NCBI GenBank assembly: GCA_963762015.1
Contig: CAVXJL010000012.1
Span: 214,668 to 278,667, forward strand
Direction of reading: 5' to 3'
Origin: an uncultured Actinomycetota bacterium
GTDB lineage: Bacteria; Actinomycetota; UBA4738; HRBIN12
Length of the DNA: 64,000 bases
Positions 62,274 to 64,000 of this stretch are shown piece after piece. The first letter of the stretch is position 1. Each line of letters starts with the position of its first letter. The notes beneath the pieces are model-generated. The model did no database searches, was not told the DNA's origin, and saw only the letters and a list, made by a program, of their open reading frames with translations. The translations under genes and the position numbers were made by a program.

Positions 62274-63439
62274 CGCGGGCTCCTGTCCACGAACGGCGGC
62301 CTGACCACCGTCGCGAGGCCGCGGCGCCCCCTGATGTCGACCTCGACCTCTTGACCCAGCTCCACCACGTCCCCCGGCCACAGGTAGGCGAGCGCGATGC
62401 CGGTACCGAGCCCCGGCGAGAACGTACCGCTCGTCACCTCGCCGACGAGTTGATCGCCGACGAACACCGGGTAGTGGGCTCGCGGGATGTGCCGCCGCTC
62501 GTGCATGCGGAGTCCCCGAAGGCGGCTGGGGAGCTCCTCATCTTGCTGCCGCAGCAACGCCGCGCGTCCGCGGAAATCGCCCTTGTCCAGGGCAACCGCC
62601 CACGAGAGACCCGCCTCCAACGCGGTCGAGGCCTCGAAGAGATCCTGGCCGTAGAGCGGATAGCCCATCTCGAGCCGAAGGACGTCCCTGGCGGCGAGCC
62701 CGCAGGGCCCGCCGCCGAACGTGCGCACCGATCCGAGCAGTTCGCCCCAGAGCTCCTCCGCGATGTCCTGGTACGTGAAGAGCTCGAAGCCGACCTCGCC
62801 CGTGTATCCCGAACGCGTCACGATCACCGGCCGGCGGTGATACTCAGCTTCATAGCACTGCATGAACGCGAGCTCGGTCGCATCCGGGAACAGGCCCGCC
62901 ATGACCTTCGTCGACTCCGGACCCTGGACCGCGAGGAAGCACCAGTCCTGGTGGTACATCAGGTGGAGGGGTCCATCGGCCTCCTCCTCCTCCAGCATCC
63001 GGAGCACCCGGGGAGCGTTGGAGGCGTTCGGCACGACGAAGAAGCGCTCCTCGCCGAGGCGGTACACGATGAGGTCTTCGATCACGCCGCCGCCTTCGTT
63101 CAACACGAGGTTGTAGAGGGCATCGCCCACTCCAGCTCGGGAGAGGTCGTTGGTGACGAGCCGTTGCAGCATCCCGAGAGCTCCGGGACCAACCACCTCG
63201 ACCTTCCCGAGGTGCGTGAGATCGAACAGCCCGACGTGATCGCGGACACTCCGGTGCTCCGCCAATGCGCCCTCGTACTCGATCGGCATCTGCCACCCGG
63301 CGAAGGGAGCGAGCTTGGCGCCGAGTCGACGGTGCTCCGACTCCAGCGGTGTTCGCTTGAGCTCTTCGGGGTCCTCTGTACCGTGGGTCGTGTCATCTGG
63401 CGCATCGGGAGGCGCGTCGGTGCGAGGCTGTCGGGACAT
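62270..63439 (-). CDS. gcvT: Glycine cleavage system aminomethyltransferase T
   Basis: PFAGWQMPIEY, LFDLTHLG, RSGYTGE, GLAARDVLRLE and TSGTFSP. Confidence 0.93.
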   Translation of the reverse strand: MSRQPRTDAPPDAPDDTTHGTEDPEELKRTPLESEHRRLGAKLAPFAGWQMPIEYEGALAEHRSVRDHVGLFDLTHLGKVEVVGPGALGMLQRLVTNDLSRAGVGDALYNLVLNEGGGVIEDLIVYRLGEERFFVVPNASNAPRVLRMLEEEEADGPLHLMYHQDWCFLAVQGPESTKVMAGLFPDATELAFMQCYEAEYHRRPVIVTRSGYTGEVGFELFTYQDIAEELWGELLGSVRTFGGGPCGLAARDVLRLEMGYPLYGQDLFEASTALEAGLSWAVALDKGDFRGRAALLRQQDEELPSRLRGLRMHERRHIPRAHYPVFVGDQLVGEVTSGTFSPGLGTGIALAYLWPGDVVELGQEVEVDIRGRRGLATVVRPPFVDRSPR

Positions 63440-63512
63440 GGGGAGGGATGGTATCGGCATCGCGACTACTTCGTGAGGCGTACCGGACATGCCCGAGTAG
63501 ACTCGGCGTTCG

Positions 63513-64000
63513 ATGGCGGACTCGTACGATGTCGTCGTGGTCGGCGCCGGCACCGGCGGCTACTCCACGGCCCTCAGGGCGGCACAGCTCGGCAAACGCG
63601 TGGCCATCGTCGAGCGCGACGATCGACTGGGTGGTACCTGCCTCCTGCGTGGCTGTATCCCGACCAAGGCACTGCTGCAGTCCGCCGCGGTGATGGACAC
63701 GGTGAACCGCGCCCAGGAATGGGGCATCAAGGCCTCCGGTGACCCCGACTGGTCGGCGGTGCTGGCTTTCGAGGACAAGATCGTCAACAAGCTCGTCAAG
63801 GGCGTCACCGGTCTCATCAAGACGCGCGGCATCGCCGTTCTGAAAGGGACCGCCAAGCTCCTCGCGGGACCGGCCGTCGAGATCGACGGCGCCAGGGTCG
63901 ACGCGGGGGACGTCGTGATCGCGAGCGGCTCGCGTCCGAGGCTGCTCCCGGGACTCGAGCTGACCGAGCGGATCATCACGAGCGACGAAGCCCTCAGGTA
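63513..64000 (+). CDS. lpdA: Dihydrolipoamide dehydrogenase, truncated by the window end
   Basis: Manual translation MADSYDVVVVGAGTGGY...GGTCLLRGCIPTKALL. Confidence 0.92.
   Translation, partial: MADSYDVVVVGAGTGGYSTALRAAQLGKRVAIVERDDRLGGTCLLRGCIPTKALLQSAAVMDTVNRAQEWGIKASGDPDWSAVLAFEDKIVNKLVKGVTGLIKTRGIAVLKGTAKLLAGPAVEIDGARVDAGDVVIASGSRPRLLPGLELTERIITSDEALR

Overview
High-GC, gene-dense chromosomal window from an actinobacterium (WhiB, mycothiol-dependent and F420-dependent families, and a Gram-positive/actinobacterial LexA box). I found no rRNA, tRNA, CRISPR array, IS element or prophage. Left part (1-14.6 kb): a methylated-amine/one-carbon cluster with an Ntn glutamine amidotransferase, two divergent glutamine-synthetase-family ligases (one GmaS/GlnT-like), an APC permease plus USP, a cNMP-CBS-DUF294 nucleotidyltransferase paired with a DEDDh exonuclease, fhs, split FTCD, a GcvT-fold enzyme and 5-formyl-THF cyclo-ligase. 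Middle: the conserved actinobacterial ROK-ArsA/Get3-SRPBCC-GT4...DEDD/GIY-YIG...Lrp...receiver...NifS...IscA...gcvT-lpdA backbone, lacking the qcr/cta genes that usually sit inside it. It also holds an 8x Calx-beta surface protein, korAB, metH and an ECF sigma/anti-sigma pair. Right part: a suf operon split by an antisense membrane gene, each half carrying an IscR/Rrf2-like operator, followed by a signalling island with sigma28/WhiG-like promoters. Five single-base frameshifts and one in-frame TAG suggest assembly errors. Many genes appear leaderless. All product calls come from motif recognition, not database searches.
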